NCBI GenBank assembly: GCA_048499675.1
Contig: JASNZL010000001.1
Coordinates: 1-56,746, forward strand
Direction of reading: 5' to 3'
Length of the DNA stretch: 56,746 nucleotides
Source: Candidatus Zambryskiibacteriota bacterium
Lineage (GTDB): Bacteria > Patescibacteriota > Minisyncoccia > Phycocordibacterales > WO2-35-19
The translations under genes were made by a program, and so were the position numbers. The first letter of the stretch is position 1. Every line of letters begins with the position of its first letter. A model generated the notes under the pieces. It had not been told where the DNA came from and did not search any database. It worked only from the letters and a program-made list of their open reading frames with translations. Of this stretch, positions 27,389 to 38,582 are shown piece after piece.

Positions 27389-30300
27389 ATGGCTAAAGCA
27401 ATATCTGAAAATACTTCAAAAAAGAATCAAGAAAGGCTGTTACGCCATGTTATTGAATCTGTGGGTCAGAAATATACGCCTGACTTGCATATTCCCTTAC
27501 CAATTGCAGAAGTTTTTGAAGGATTGGGCCGAACAAAAGAAGTTTTCTATGCCTTAAAGAAAGAGCTTCCCGAGTTAGTTACTAGTCGTGGATACATAGA
27601 ACGCAATAAAACCAAAGAGGTAGCTGAAGGAAAACAGAAAAAACTAATCGCTGAATTAGATACTCTTATAGAGGTAATTGGTCATGTCCCTAACTCAGGA
27701 ATCAGCACTTTTCCGACGAAACAAATGAGAAAACTTGTTCGAAGCATTGAGGAACGAGCTCATGATCTGATGAGGTTAATTTCAGCCGCTGAGCGCAAAG
27801 AGGAAGAAGCTAGTGGTAAAAAACGTGACGAATATTCTTCTTCAAAATATAGCTCTGAGACTAACGACTTACATCGTCTTTTAAATCAGACCTACGCAGT
27901 CCAAAAATTTCTAGGTAGTGATAGTTCGAAAGCTGCGAATAATCCATTCCTCCTTCTTACTGGAGAAGCCGGTACTGGCAAGACTCATCTCCTTTGTGCA
28001 ATTACAGAAGAACGCTTACAGAAAAATCTTCCAACATTCTTTTTTCTTGCTGAAGAGATTAATAGCCGAGATCCTTGGAGATCAATCTTAAAAGCCATCA
28101 ATGCCAGTGATGGAGAAGATAAATTTCTCAAAGAACTCAATGAGTTTGCTGCACGCAAAAAGGTGCGAGCTTTGATCGTTATTGATGCAATAAACGAAGC
28201 CCCTCGGCAAGTTACTTGGGAGCGATTAATCGAGATAAAGAAGTATCCTTGGATTGGTCTGGTTCTGAGTGTCAGAAATGGTTTTGAAGAGGAGTATACA
28301 ACTCAAACAATTAGAAAGTCTTTTGTTAGGGTTGAGCATAAAGGTTTTGCTTTAAGAGAGTGGGAGGCAGTAACAAAATACTTCAACCAGTATGGAATTC
28401 CATTGCCTGAAATTCCATTACTTTTGCCAGACTTTTCAAATCCATTATTCTTAACTATATTTTGCAAAACCCATAAGGGTGGGAAGAAGCAGATAAAGGG
28501 TCATGCAGGCTTCACAACTATTTTTGAAGACTATGTAATGCAACAAGGAGATGAAGTCCTGTCCTCTTTTGGTCTTCCTACTGGACGTGTAAAAGGTAAA
28601 CATTCGATATGGGATTTTGTATTCAAGGATATAGCTCTATCAATGAGTAAAGCTAATTCTGAAAGAATTTCCACAGCTGAAGCCGAAGCAATAATTATTA
28701 AGCATTTTCCAGCAGCTAACTCAACTCTATTTCTTGGAGCATTAGAGAAACACTTTTTATTATTCAGAATTCCGCACTACGACGAGAATTACAAAATCAA
28801 AGGATATGATTATAAATTTCCTTATCAAAAATTCAGCGATCACCTAATTGTTCGTTATCTTCTCATTGAACACTTAAACAGATCAGATCCCGAATCTTCA
28901 TTTAAACTTGGCACTCCATTGGGAGATATTCTCCATGCCTCTTGGCCTGATTATGGAATTATAGAAGCTCTTTCAATTCAAGTACCTGAATGGCTGAAAG
29001 GACGAGAATTGATTTTCCTGGCACCGCCAAAATTTCGAGCCACTGATGCTGCAAAACGAGCATTTCTAGCTAGTCTTGTGTGGCGCGAACTTGATCTCAA
29101 AGATGGTAAATCTCAAACGATAAGATACCGTCCTGTCATTAACTATTTCAATAAGCACCTGATTCATACACACTCAGAGGAATTGAAAAACACATTAATC
29201 TCTACAGCTCCGATTCCTTCTCATCCTTTTAACGCACACTTTCTCCACAAACATCTATCGGGAATGAAGATGCCGACGCGAGACCATAATTGGCTACCGT
29301 TCCTTAATCACCACTACGCTACTTATGGTGAAGACAGCTCCATAGATAGAATCATTTATTGGTCATGGAAAAGAAGTAATTCATTCCCATTATCGAATGA
29401 ATCCATAAAGCTAACAGCGATACCCTTGGCATGGTTCTTGGCTAGTTCAAATCGTTACTTACGAGATAGATCCACAAAAGCTCTTGTTGCACTGTTAGAG
29501 AAACATATTGATTCCCTTATTGAGTTGCTAAAGTCTTTTGAATCAATTGATGACCCGTACATTCTTGAGCGGCTATATGCTGTTGCATATGGCTGTGCAA
29601 TGAGAAGCCAAGACAAGGATGCTGTGGGCAAGCTAGCCCTCTATACTTACGAAACAATCTTTTCAAAAGGAAATCCTCCAGTTCATATAGTTTTAAGAGA
29701 TCATGCCAGAGGAGTCGTCGAGGCAGGTTTAATTCGCAACCCTCGATTACCAGTAAATAAAAAACTTATAAATCCTCCTTATGGTTCAAAGTGGCCAAAG
29801 ACTATCCCTTCGCTTAAATACTTGCAGAAAAAGTATGATTCCCAAAAAATCAAAAATCGTTTTGGCAAAGAGATAGATGCTTACGGCCAAATTTGGCACT
29901 CACTAATGTATGGAAGTCATGGCGGTCTTGGAGACTTTGGTAACTACGTTGTTGGTTCGGCTGTAGGACACTGGGCTGATGTTCCAATCAAAAAAGAAGA
30001 CAGACCTCCAACACGAAAAGAAATGTATAAGATGTTCCTCAGAGGTTTAACACCTGCACAACTTTTAAGGTGGAGACTCTATCAAGGGGCACGCTACCGC
30101 TATATTAAATCTAGACCATTATGGGCAATTTTGACCTATACAAAAAATTTAGAAGGAGAAGATAAGGAAAAACATGAGAAGGAGTTAACAAAAATATTTG
30201 CAAGAGAGAAACTGGTTGAAATGCGGCGCAAAGAGTTTGTTAAAGAACTTTCACCAAAGCAAAAGAAAATCTATGAAGACTGGATTGGTCCCTATCAAGA

Positions 30301-31540
30301 CAGAAATCCACATAAACCTAGAGACCTGGACCGTCAAGCAATAGAAAGACTTATATTCTCAACCATCATAAGACTTGGATGGGATCCTAAGTTATTTGCT
30401 GACTTTGATAACACAATTGATAGTCATGGAAGAGACGCAAAGAAAAGCGAACGTATTGGAAAGAAATATCAGTGGATCGCATTTCATGAAGTGCTCGCAC
30501 GAATTGCTGATAATTATGCATTTAAGGCTAATTGGTCGGATGAACTAAAAGACTATAAAGGTGTGTGGCAATTCTGGGACCGAGATTTGGACCCTTCAGT
30601 TTTATGGAATCAATCCCTCAGAAAACATGATGATGAGAAGTATCACATTTCATACTCTAATTGGAAACCTAGTCTCGCACCAACTCAGTGGCTGCAAATC
30701 AAAGATGATCTGCCATCTCAACCCAAAATGCTTCAAATCAAAGATGCGACTGGTAAGAACTGGTTAGTTCTCAAGCGTTGGTATACATGGAAACAACCTG
30801 ATACACCAGGACAGGAAAAATATAGCAAGATACGCAGAGAGGTATGGTATGTGACCCAGGCTTATCTTGTTCCGCGCAAGGACTCAGATGCATTCTTTGC
30901 ATGGGCAAAGAAACAAAATTTTATGGGTCGATGGATGCCAGAAGGTTTTGAGGTGCGCGAAGTTTATCTCCGAGAGTTTCCTTATCATATTGCTTATCGT
31001 GATTTATACAACGAGAATGGTGAGAAATTTAGATGGAAAGAAGTGCGAGCTGGCGATAGATCCAGTGAAAAGACTAAGTTCAAGGTTGTTTCAACTGATG
31101 AAGATTATTCATCAGAATTTAGCGGCTTCGACTGCTCAGGTGACGAGAGTTTTGGCTTGATGCTTCCTTCTAAGGAAATATGTGAACTCCTAGGACTTTC
31201 TTCTTCAGACGAAGACGGCGTATATATGCAAGGTAAGGAGATAGTGGCATTTGACCCCATTGTGCGAGGAGAAGCCCGAGGTTTAGTGGTTGAAAAAGCA
31301 AAACTTCAAAAGGCACTTGCAGATAATGAATTGGAATTGTTCTGGGTTGCAATTGGTGAAAAACAAGTTCTAGGAGGAATGGGAAATTTTATGGGAAGAC
31401 TTGAGATGGGTGGTGTCCATTGGTTGAAAAGTAATGGAAAGATAGATTCTCATACTTACACTAAATATTTACCTCCAGACAAACCCAAAGCATCTAAGCC
31501 AAAAAAAGATCCAAAAACACCCCTCGATTCTAACCTTTAA
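27389..31540 (+). CDS. 1383-aa STAND/NACHT-like P-loop NTPase; candidate single-gene defence protein
   Basis: Walker A LLLTGEAGTGKTHL (nt 27962-27985) and Walker B ALIVIDAINEA (nt 28172-28198). It has a long helical-repeat middle and an unassigned ~330-aa C-terminal domain. It sits in the island beside the R-M system. Confidence 0.7.
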   Translation: MAKAISENTSKKNQERLLRHVIESVGQKYTPDLHIPLPIAEVFEGLGRTKEVFYALKKELPELVTSRGYIERNKTKEVAEGKQKKLIAELDTLIEVIGHVPNSGISTFPTKQMRKLVRSIEERAHDLMRLISAAERKEEEASGKKRDEYSSSKYSSETNDLHRLLNQTYAVQKFLGSDSSKAANNPFLLLTGEAGTGKTHLLCAITEERLQKNLPTFFFLAEEINSRDPWRSILKAINASDGEDKFLKELNEFAARKKVRALIVIDAINEAPRQVTWERLIEIKKYPWIGLVLSVRNGFEEEYTTQTIRKSFVRVEHKGFALREWEAVTKYFNQYGIPLPEIPLLLPDFSNPLFLTIFCKTHKGGKKQIKGHAGFTTIFEDYVMQQGDEVLSSFGLPTGRVKGKHSIWDFVFKDIALSMSKANSERISTAEAEAIIIKHFPAANSTLFLGALEKHFLLFRIPHYDENYKIKGYDYKFPYQKFSDHLIVRYLLIEHLNRSDPESSFKLGTPLGDILHASWPDYGIIEALSIQVPEWLKGRELIFLAPPKFRATDAAKRAFLASLVWRELDLKDGKSQTIRYRPVINYFNKHLIHTHSEELKNTLISTAPIPSHPFNAHFLHKHLSGMKMPTRDHNWLPFLNHHYATYGEDSSIDRIIYWSWKRSNSFPLSNESIKLTAIPLAWFLASSNRYLRDRSTKALVALLEKHIDSLIELLKSFESIDDPYILERLYAVAYGCAMRSQDKDAVGKLALYTYETIFSKGNPPVHIVLRDHARGVVEAGLIRNPRLPVNKKLINPPYGSKWPKTIPSLKYLQKKYDSQKIKNRFGKEIDAYGQIWHSLMYGSHGGLGDFGNYVVGSAVGHWADVPIKKEDRPPTRKEMYKMFLRGLTPAQLLRWRLYQGARYRYIKSRPLWAILTYTKNLEGEDKEKHEKELTKIFAREKLVEMRRKEFVKELSPKQKKIYEDWIGPYQDRNPHKPRDLDRQAIERLIFSTIIRLGWDPKLFADFDNTIDSHGRDAKKSERIGKKYQWIAFHEVLARIADNYAFKANWSDELKDYKGVWQFWDRDLDPSVLWNQSLRKHDDEKYHISYSNWKPSLAPTQWLQIKDDLPSQPKMLQIKDATGKNWLVLKRWYTWKQPDTPGQEKYSKIRREVWYVTQAYLVPRKDSDAFFAWAKKQNFMGRWMPEGFEVREVYLREFPYHIAYRDLYNENGEKFRWKEVRAGDRSSEKTKFKVVSTDEDYSSEFSGFDCSGDESFGLMLPSKEICELLGLSSSDEDGVYMQGKEIVAFDPIVRGEARGLVVEKAKLQKALADNELELFWVAIGEKQVLGGMGNFMGRLEMGGVHWLKSNGKIDSHTYTKYLPPDKPKASKPKKDPKTPLDSNL

Positions 31541-31679
31541 ATTTCATCATTTCTTCAGCCGTCGGTCTCGTAATTCCAAAGAAACCCTGCTTGATATTTG
31601 GTAGCCAAATGTGAGCTTTATTCTCTTTCCAAAAGGTTCCAATTTCTCGTGCAATGTCGAGCCGCGTAAAGCAAATAAC

Positions 31680-31707
31680 AAAATTCCACATGAAAATGTG
31701 GAATTTT
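31680..31707 (+). terminator. Terminator hairpin after the NTPase gene
   Basis: 12-bp perfect stem aaaattccacat-gaaa-atgtggaatttt, followed by gttttattt. Confidence 0.65.
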
Positions 31708-31940
31708 GTTTTATTTGCCACGCGGCTACTCGGAGCAAGCAAACTGCTTTGCTTGCGTGTAGGGTGAAAAGCGAATACTTGGAGCTTTGCAAGACCTTTG
31801 ATAGTTTTTTACAAATTTATGAAGTAAAAAACAGAAAAGGTGTACAGCTTCTGTAAGAAGCGAAATCCTTCTCCCATATTTTTGAAAACCTCTGCTTTGA
31901 AAAAATGGGAAAGGTCTACTGGTTCTGTAAGCGGAGAGAC

Positions 31941-31955
31941 CCCTACCCGAGGAGC
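31941..31955 (+). repeat. attR core (displaced copy of the tRNA-Asn 3' end)
   Basis: Identical 15-mer at 19925-19939; no tRNA body is attached here. Confidence 0.8.
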
Positions 31956-31961
31956 TAATAC

Positions 31962-31990
31962 TTGACACTATTATTATAATATGCTATACT
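31962..31990 (+). promoter_or_regulatory. Consensus-like sigma70 promoter immediately outside attR
   Basis: TTGACA-N17-TATACT, followed by AGGAGG and ATG 32011. Confidence 0.6.
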
Positions 31991-32010
31991 TCAATGTAGG
32001 AGGTGTTACC

Positions 32011-32178
32011 ATGAGAGTTGGCTGTTTTGAATTTGGGGACGACTGCGAAGAGCCAGAGCGTCTCGAGGAAATTCTCAACAAGAAGCTTGAGGAGCTTGGT
32101 ATCTCGGCGGAAGACATCATCTCGATGTATCAACCGTCTGAGTACAATGTGACTCATGTCTTCTACAAGAAGAAGTAG
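32011..32178 (+). CDS. Small acidic hypothetical protein (55 aa)
   Basis: A strong SD (aggagg) lies 7 nt before the ATG at 32011. A promoter lies upstream and a terminator downstream. Confidence 0.6.
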   Translation: MRVGCFEFGDDCEEPERLEEILNKKLEELGISAEDIISMYQPSEYNVTHVFYKKK

Positions 32179-32218
32179 TCGTCTAGCGGAGTCGTTCGCT
32201 GGACGACTTTCGCTTTTA
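32179..32218 (+). terminator. Rho-independent terminator
   Basis: 11-bp stem gtcgtctagcg / cgctggacgac, followed by tttcgctttt. Confidence 0.6.
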
Positions 32219-32413
32219 TAAACCCTTCGAATCTGAAATCGGTTGATTTTGAAAAAATTCTAAAATCCCCTAAACATTAATTTGTTTTTGAATGGCAATC
32301 AATGCGTAGTTCTATACTTTTTTAATAATGAGCTCTTAAAAATCTTAAGTCGTCAGCAATAACTGTATTTGATTGTACAAAAACACATTAAACAAAAAGT
32401 CGCCTAGGCGACT

Positions 32414-32608
32414 TTAATTTTCTGAAGCTTTTTCATCTTCAGAGATTTCTTCGGGGTGCTCCAGCTTAATGTGGAGTTGCATAAAACCCCTTTCGATATT
32501 TTTGTTGCAATGTGGGCAAATAAAACAGCACGGCCCACAATGCATAATTCCACTACCCTCCTCGTGACAAGAGCAGTCACATTCATAACTTGATAGAACT
32601 TTTGACAT
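32414..32608 (-). CDS. Small Cys/His-rich zinc-finger protein
   Basis: The pattern C.C.CH....HCGPCC..CPHC...H...H in 64 aa. Confidence 0.5.
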   Translation of the reverse strand: MSKVLSSYECDCSCHEEGSGIMHCGPCCFICPHCNKNIERGFMQLHIKLEHPEEISEDEKASEN

Positions 32609-32714
32609 AATTTCTCCTAAAAACAGTTTATCAGGTTATATTTAAAAAAATAGTGCTTGGTTATATACTTTCCTTTTACAATTATTTGAGATAGATTAAG
32701 TTGAGAGAGGACGT

Positions 32715-33035
32715 ATGTCAAAAAAGAAATTGTCGGAAGAAGATGTTCGGAAACTTTTAGACCAAGGTATTCCGTGGCCAAGAGAACTTCAAGTAGATAA
32801 GGTCTATGCACGACTCCACGACGACCATGATGGCACAGAAGTAGGTGAGATTCTACTGGGATTTTCACCCGATGGAGACGTTTAGATTACCATACGTGGA
32901 GATATCGGATCATTTTTGAGGTTTAGAACACCTTTTGGCGGTGGTGGTAGTCCAAGAGTCAGAAATGCTCTTGTGTTACTTGCATTAGCTATTCATTTTG
33001 ACAATGAATCGGAAAATCGTGATAAGGGCTCTTAA
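32715..33035 (+). pseudogene. Small ORF interrupted by one in-frame TAG (56 + 49 codons)
   Basis: The reading frame runs from 32715, meets TAG at 32883-32885, and continues in the same frame to TAA at 33033-33035. Confidence 0.35.
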
Positions 33036-33117
33036 GATAAGAGCTCTTTCCTTTTGTAAATACACTTCAAACTAAAATATGCTAGAATAAATACATAATA
33101 AATTAATAATCAAAAAT

Positions 33118-33222
33118 ATGGCAAAAAGAAGCACAGGAGTGGGAAACAATAAAACTTCTCGCTCAAGAAAAACCAAAAAAAGAATCTTGGCAAAAGTTGC
33201 AAAAAAGAAAGCTAAAAAATAA
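33118..33222 (+). CDS. Possible 34-aa highly basic peptide
   Basis: MAKRSTGVGNNKTSRSRKTKKRILAKVAKKKAKK, ending just before a strong hairpin. No clear SD. Confidence 0.25.
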   Translation: MAKRSTGVGNNKTSRSRKTKKRILAKVAKKKAKK

Positions 33223-33225
33223 CCC

Positions 33226-33261
33226 AAAACAAAAGTTGTCGCTCCCGACAACTTTTGTTTT
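33226..33261 (-). terminator. Terminator of the atp operon (bidirectional hairpin)
   Basis: 16-bp perfect stem aaaacaaaagttgtcg-ctcc-cgacaacttttgtttt, 16 nt after the atpC stop. Confidence 0.8.
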
Positions 33262-33276
33262 ATATTTGTATAAATT

Positions 33277-33549
33277 TTAAACCTCTAGAAAATTAGAAGC
33301 ATTACTTGAAAGTAAAATCACTTCGCTCCCCTTCATAACTTCCAAAACTCCACTATCACATTCTGAAGTGTATATACTGTCACCCGACACAACCCTCACC
33401 AAACCTTTTTCTACGGTTGCAATGAGAGGAATATGATTTGGGAGGACTGTTATCTCGCCCATTGTGGTTTTTAAGTTTACCGATTCCGCCTCTCCATCCC
33501 AAAGTACTCCATCAGGTGTTACCATTTTTAAATGTATCTTTTCTTTCAT
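33277..33549 (-). CDS. atpC: F1 ATP synthase epsilon subunit (short, 90 aa)
   Basis: Position after atpD and an N-terminal beta-sandwich-like sequence. Confidence 0.8.
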   Translation of the reverse strand: MKEKIHLKMVTPDGVLWDGEAESVNLKTTMGEITVLPNHIPLIATVEKGLVRVVSGDSIYTSECDSGVLEVMKGSEVILLSSNASNFLEV

Positions 33550-34929
<1,380 letters not shown>

Positions 34930-34941
34930 TCAAAATAATAA

Positions 34942-35859
34942 TTACACTAATGCCTCAGCACCAGAAGAAATCTCAATAATCTCTCTGGTTATTGTCGATT
35001 GTCTTGCTTGGTTATAAATTATTTCCAACCCATTTGCCATCTTTTCTCCGTTTTCACTCGCAGACTTCATAGCAACCATACGAGAAGATTCTTCACTTGC
35101 TTTTGATTCCAAAATTGACTGATAAATCTGATTAGAAATGAGTTTTGGGATTATTATATCCATTACATATTTTGCATTTGGCTCATACTCATATTTTAGA
35201 AAATCTTTTTCATCTAATTTTTTTAAATGAATGTCATCTTCTGCACCACCAAGTCTTTCAATCATATTCTTTAAACTTTTTTTAGAAATCGGGATTAATT
35301 CTCTTATGTGTGGTTCTCTCTTAAAAATTGACACATAGTTAGTGTAGACAACTACCGCTTTTTGATATTCCCCCGTCTTATATTTATCAAGAACAAGATT
35401 ATATATTTCATTTCCCTCAATATACTTTGTGTAGTCAAGATTAGCTCTATATTCTGCGATAACATTTACTCCTATTTTTTTAGCGTTCATAACCGCATAT
35501 TTTCCTATACAAACAAAATCTATTTTACTCTTTTTTATGTGATGGCTTGCTATATATTTTTTTAATGATTTAAATACCTGCAGGTTGTATCCACCACAGA
35601 GACCCTTATCGCTCGCAATATATATTATTAGGATTTTATCCCCTTTGCCATTGTTCAAAAAAATATTGTCGTGAAAAACATATTTGGATATGTTAACTAA
35701 AAGCTTTAAAGCCAAAGTAGCATAAGCCCTTGTTAAAAGTGCTGTGTCTATTGCTTTTTTCATTTTACTTCTTGCAATCATCTCCATCGCTTTTGTAATT
35801 TTTTGCAACGATTTTACAGACTTTATTTTTTGTTTTAATTCTTTTGGATTATTTGACAT
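34942..35859 (-). CDS. atpG: F1 ATP synthase gamma subunit
   Basis: Operon position, the N-terminal IKSVKSLQKITKAMEMIA motif and the C-terminal ITREIIEI motif. Confidence 0.9.
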   Translation of the reverse strand: MSNNPKELKQKIKSVKSLQKITKAMEMIARSKMKKAIDTALLTRAYATLALKLLVNISKYVFHDNIFLNNGKGDKILIIYIASDKGLCGGYNLQVFKSLKKYIASHHIKKSKIDFVCIGKYAVMNAKKIGVNVIAEYRANLDYTKYIEGNEIYNLVLDKYKTGEYQKAVVVYTNYVSIFKREPHIRELIPISKKSLKNMIERLGGAEDDIHLKKLDEKDFLKYEYEPNAKYVMDIIIPKLISNQIYQSILESKASEESSRMVAMKSASENGEKMANGLEIIYNQARQSTITREIIEISSGAEALV

Positions 35860-37356
35860 CTATTTTTTTGTTGACATATTAAATCCGTCTAAAACCTCTT
35901 TAAGCTCCAGTTCTATTTCTTCATTCCAACCACTTTCGATTTTCAACAAAAGTTCACTTTCGGCTGATTCCAAGAGATAAACAATTCCCGTTTCCCATTG
36001 TTTTACTTCTTCTATTTTCAATTCATCCAAATATCCATTGTTAATTGCATAAAAAAGTGCAACCTGTGTTCCAACCCTCATAGGTTTATTATTTTGTTGC
36101 TTTAAAAGTTCTGTAATTCTCCTGCCTCTATCCAATACTTTTTTTGTTTCAGGGTCGAGATCACTTGCAAACTGGGCAAAACTTTCTAGCTCCCTATACT
36201 GAGCCAAATCAAGTTTCATTCTTCCAGAAGCTTTTTTCATAGATTTTATTTGGGCTGAACCTCCCACCCTAGAAACAGAAAGACCAATATTTATAGCCGG
36301 ACGAATTCCTTTATTAAACAGGGCCCCTTCTAAGAAAATCTGGCCATCTGTGATAGATATAACATTTGTTGGTATATACGCACTTATATCCCCCGCTTGA
36401 GTTTCAATAATCGGCAATGCTGTTATAGAACCTCCACCAGACTGCTCGTTTCTTCTTGAGGCTCTTTCCAAAAGTCTTGAGTGTAAGTAAAAAACATCTC
36501 CAGGGTATGCCTCTCTGCCGGGTGGTCTTCTAAGCAAAAGGGAAATTTCCCTATAAGAAACTGCATGTTTTGAAAGATCGTCATAAATTATAAGCACATC
36601 TTTCTTTTGATCCATAAAATATTCAGCAAGAGCGGTAGCCGAATATGGAGCCAAGTATGAAAATGTTGGACCATCAGAACTTCCAGCCAAGACAACTGTT
36701 GTATATTCCATAGCTCCATTTTCCTTTAGAGTACTAACAACTCTTGCAGTTTTGGATTTTTTTTGTCCAATGGCAACATAGATACAGACTACGTCTTTAC
36801 CTTTTTGATTTATTATAGTATCAATTGCAACCGATGTTTTACCTGTTTGTCTATCGCCAATTATTAATTCTCTTTGTCCTCTTCCAATCGGAATCATAGA
36901 ATCTATTGATTTAATACCAGTTAGGAGCGGTACTGTGACCGGCTCTCTTTCCATAACACCAAGGGCTCTTTTTTCAACTAAATAATCCGCTTTCTTTTCT
37001 ATTTCTCCCATATCATCTATTGGTTGTAATAGTGAATCCACCACCCTGCCCAAGTATGCATCACCCACAGGCACACTCAAAACTTTGCCTGTTCTCTTTA
37101 CAGTATCCCCTTCTTTTACTTTTAAATCTGGGTTTATTAGAATTGCACCGACAAAATCTTCTTCCAAGTTCAAAGCGAGTGCGTAAGCACCAGACTCAAA
37201 AACAAGCATTTCTGATGCAAGACAATTTGATAGTCCAGATATTTTAACCACTGAGTCATAAACCAAAGCAACACTCCCAACCTCGCTTATTTCTCCCTTT
37301 GATTCAAAACCCTCTATCCTATCTTTTAAATTTTTTAATATAGCATCAGTTCTCAT
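35860..37356 (-). CDS. atpA: F1 ATP synthase alpha subunit
   Basis: [10 protein letters not shown]-loop and the [21 protein letters not shown] motif. Confidence 0.95.
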   Translation of the reverse strand: MRTDAILKNLKDRIEGFESKGEISEVGSVALVYDSVVKISGLSNCLASEMLVFESGAYALALNLEEDFVGAILINPDLKVKEGDTVKRTGKVLSVPVGDAYLGRVVDSLLQPIDDMGEIEKKADYLVEKRALGVMEREPVTVPLLTGIKSIDSMIPIGRGQRELIIGDRQTGKTSVAIDTIINQKGKDVVCIYVAIGQKKSKTARVVSTLKENGAMEYTTVVLAGSSDGPTFSYLAPYSATALAEYFMDQKKDVLIIYDDLSKHAVSYREISLLLRRPPGREAYPGDVFYLHSRLLERASRRNEQSGGGSITALPIIETQAGDISAYIPTNVISITDGQIFLEGALFNKGIRPAINIGLSVSRVGGSAQIKSMKKASGRMKLDLAQYRELESFAQFASDLDPETKKVLDRGRRITELLKQQNNKPMRVGTQVALFYAINNGYLDELKIEEVKQWETGIVYLLESAESELLLKIESGWNEEIELELKEVLDGFNMSTKK

Positions 37357-37357
37357 T

Positions 37358-37753
37358 TTAAATTGGTTGTCTTAATTTTTTTAATAAAATATCTGCATTT
37401 GTTGAAACTCTACAATCAAAAACTCTCCCTCTGTATGATGCAATAAATCCAGTGTTTGAAGAATCTATTTTCAGAATAAGAACTTCGTCGTCTGGTAAAA
37501 CACCAAGCTTATCTTTTATGTTTTTTATGGTATCCAGATTAAGCTCTTTTTCGTTGCTAGTTTTTATTATCAAAGTATTTCTTCTTTTGTATTCCAAGGT
37601 TTTTGCTCTTAATATTTTTTCTGCTTTTGGTAACAATCCCAACATACTGAATTTATGTAAAAATTCATAAATTTTGTCTGCTATAACTTTAGGAGAATAA
37701 TTTTGTTCCCTTTCTAATTTTTCTATTATTCTTACTAAATCCTTATGGTTCAT
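37358..37753 (-). CDS. atpH: F1 ATP synthase delta (OSCP) subunit, short form
   Basis: Operon position between atpF and atpA. Size is 131 aa. Confidence 0.7.
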   Translation of the reverse strand: MNHKDLVRIIEKLEREQNYSPKVIADKIYEFLHKFSMLGLLPKAEKILRAKTLEYKRRNTLIIKTSNEKELNLDTIKNIKDKLGVLPDDEVLILKIDSSNTGFIASYRGRVFDCRVSTNADILLKKLRQPI

Positions 37754-37754
37754 T

Positions 37755-38249
37755 TTAATTTTCTGAAATCCTTTTGGCGTAATTGGATTTTATTTCATCG
37801 CTCAAATCTTCGTTGATAAGCTTCTCTGCCCCCATAACAATCAAATTAGAAGCTTCTTCCTGTATTTTGGCTCTTGCTTCCTTTTCCTTTCTGTTAATTT
37901 CTAAATTACCTTCTTCTATTATTCTCTGCTTCTCAATTTCGGCTTCTTTTTTAAAATGGTTTAGTATTTCTTCACCTTTAACTTCAGCTTTATCCATTAC
38001 TTTTTTGGCTTTTTTATGTGCCTCTACCAACATTTCTTCTTCTTTTTTCCTAGCTGATAGTAGACCTTCTTCTGCTTCTTTTTGAAAAGCTAGGCCTTCT
38101 TCTATCTTCTTTTTTCTTTCGTCTATTGATTTACCTATTGGACCAAAAAAATATTTTTTTAGTAAAAAGAAAATAATTACAAAATTTACTGCATTTGCTA
38201 TTGCTAGTTTGTAATCAAATCCAATTTTTCCTAGTGCCTCAAGAAGCAT
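37755..38249 (-). CDS. atpF: Fo ATP synthase b subunit
   Basis: N-terminal TM helix plus a long charged coiled coil; operon position. Confidence 0.85.
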   Translation of the reverse strand: MLLEALGKIGFDYKLAIANAVNFVIIFFLLKKYFFGPIGKSIDERKKKIEEGLAFQKEAEEGLLSARKKEEEMLVEAHKKAKKVMDKAEVKGEEILNHFKKEAEIEKQRIIEEGNLEINRKEKEARAKIQEEASNLIVMGAEKLINEDLSDEIKSNYAKRISEN

Positions 38250-38258
38250 TTTAGAGAA

Positions 38259-38492
38259 TTAAACAATAAAGAACATAACCAAGGCATAGATAGCTGTTGA
38301 CTCAGCCATAGCAACACCGATAATCATTTTACTAAAAATAGAATCTGTTTCAGCTGGATTTCTCCCGATAGACTCAAGAGCTTTTGCAATAATCATACCT
38401 TCACCTATTGCTGTTCCAACCATTGATAGAGCTATTAATCCTTTTGCGATCATTCGCGCAGATTCCACCGAAAACATAACTGTAGGTTCCAT
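38259..38492 (-). CDS. atpE: Fo ATP synthase c subunit
   Basis: Two-TM hairpin with a GRNPE loop and the carboxylate in AMAESTAIY. Confidence 0.9.
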   Translation of the reverse strand: MEPTVMFSVESARMIAKGLIALSMVGTAIGEGMIIAKALESIGRNPAETDSIFSKMIIGVAMAESTAIYALVMFFIV

Positions 38493-38582
38493 AAATTTGA
38501 ACTTAAATTAATAATTAATAATTTTACAAACAAAAATAATACTGCGGGACTTTTCCCGTATTATGTAATCTATTTTTATTTA

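Larger units (their letters stand above)
19925..31955. mobile_element. ~12-kb integrated island at the 3' end of tRNA-Asn (serine-recombinase element carrying defence genes)
   Basis: A 15-bp perfect direct repeat ccctacccgaggagc at 19925-19939 and 31941-31955. The recombinase gene abuts attL. The interior is visibly more GC-rich than the flanks. Confidence 0.8.

Noticed and set aside
31530-31968. Several 70-81-aa ORFs between the NTPase gene and attR
   Set aside because: They are mutually overlapping, cross the terminator hairpin or the att core, and lack start context. The C-terminal part of 31530-31742 (..DIAREIGTFWKENKAHIWLPNIKQGFFGITRPTAEEMMKF) might be a gene remnant, but I cannot support that.
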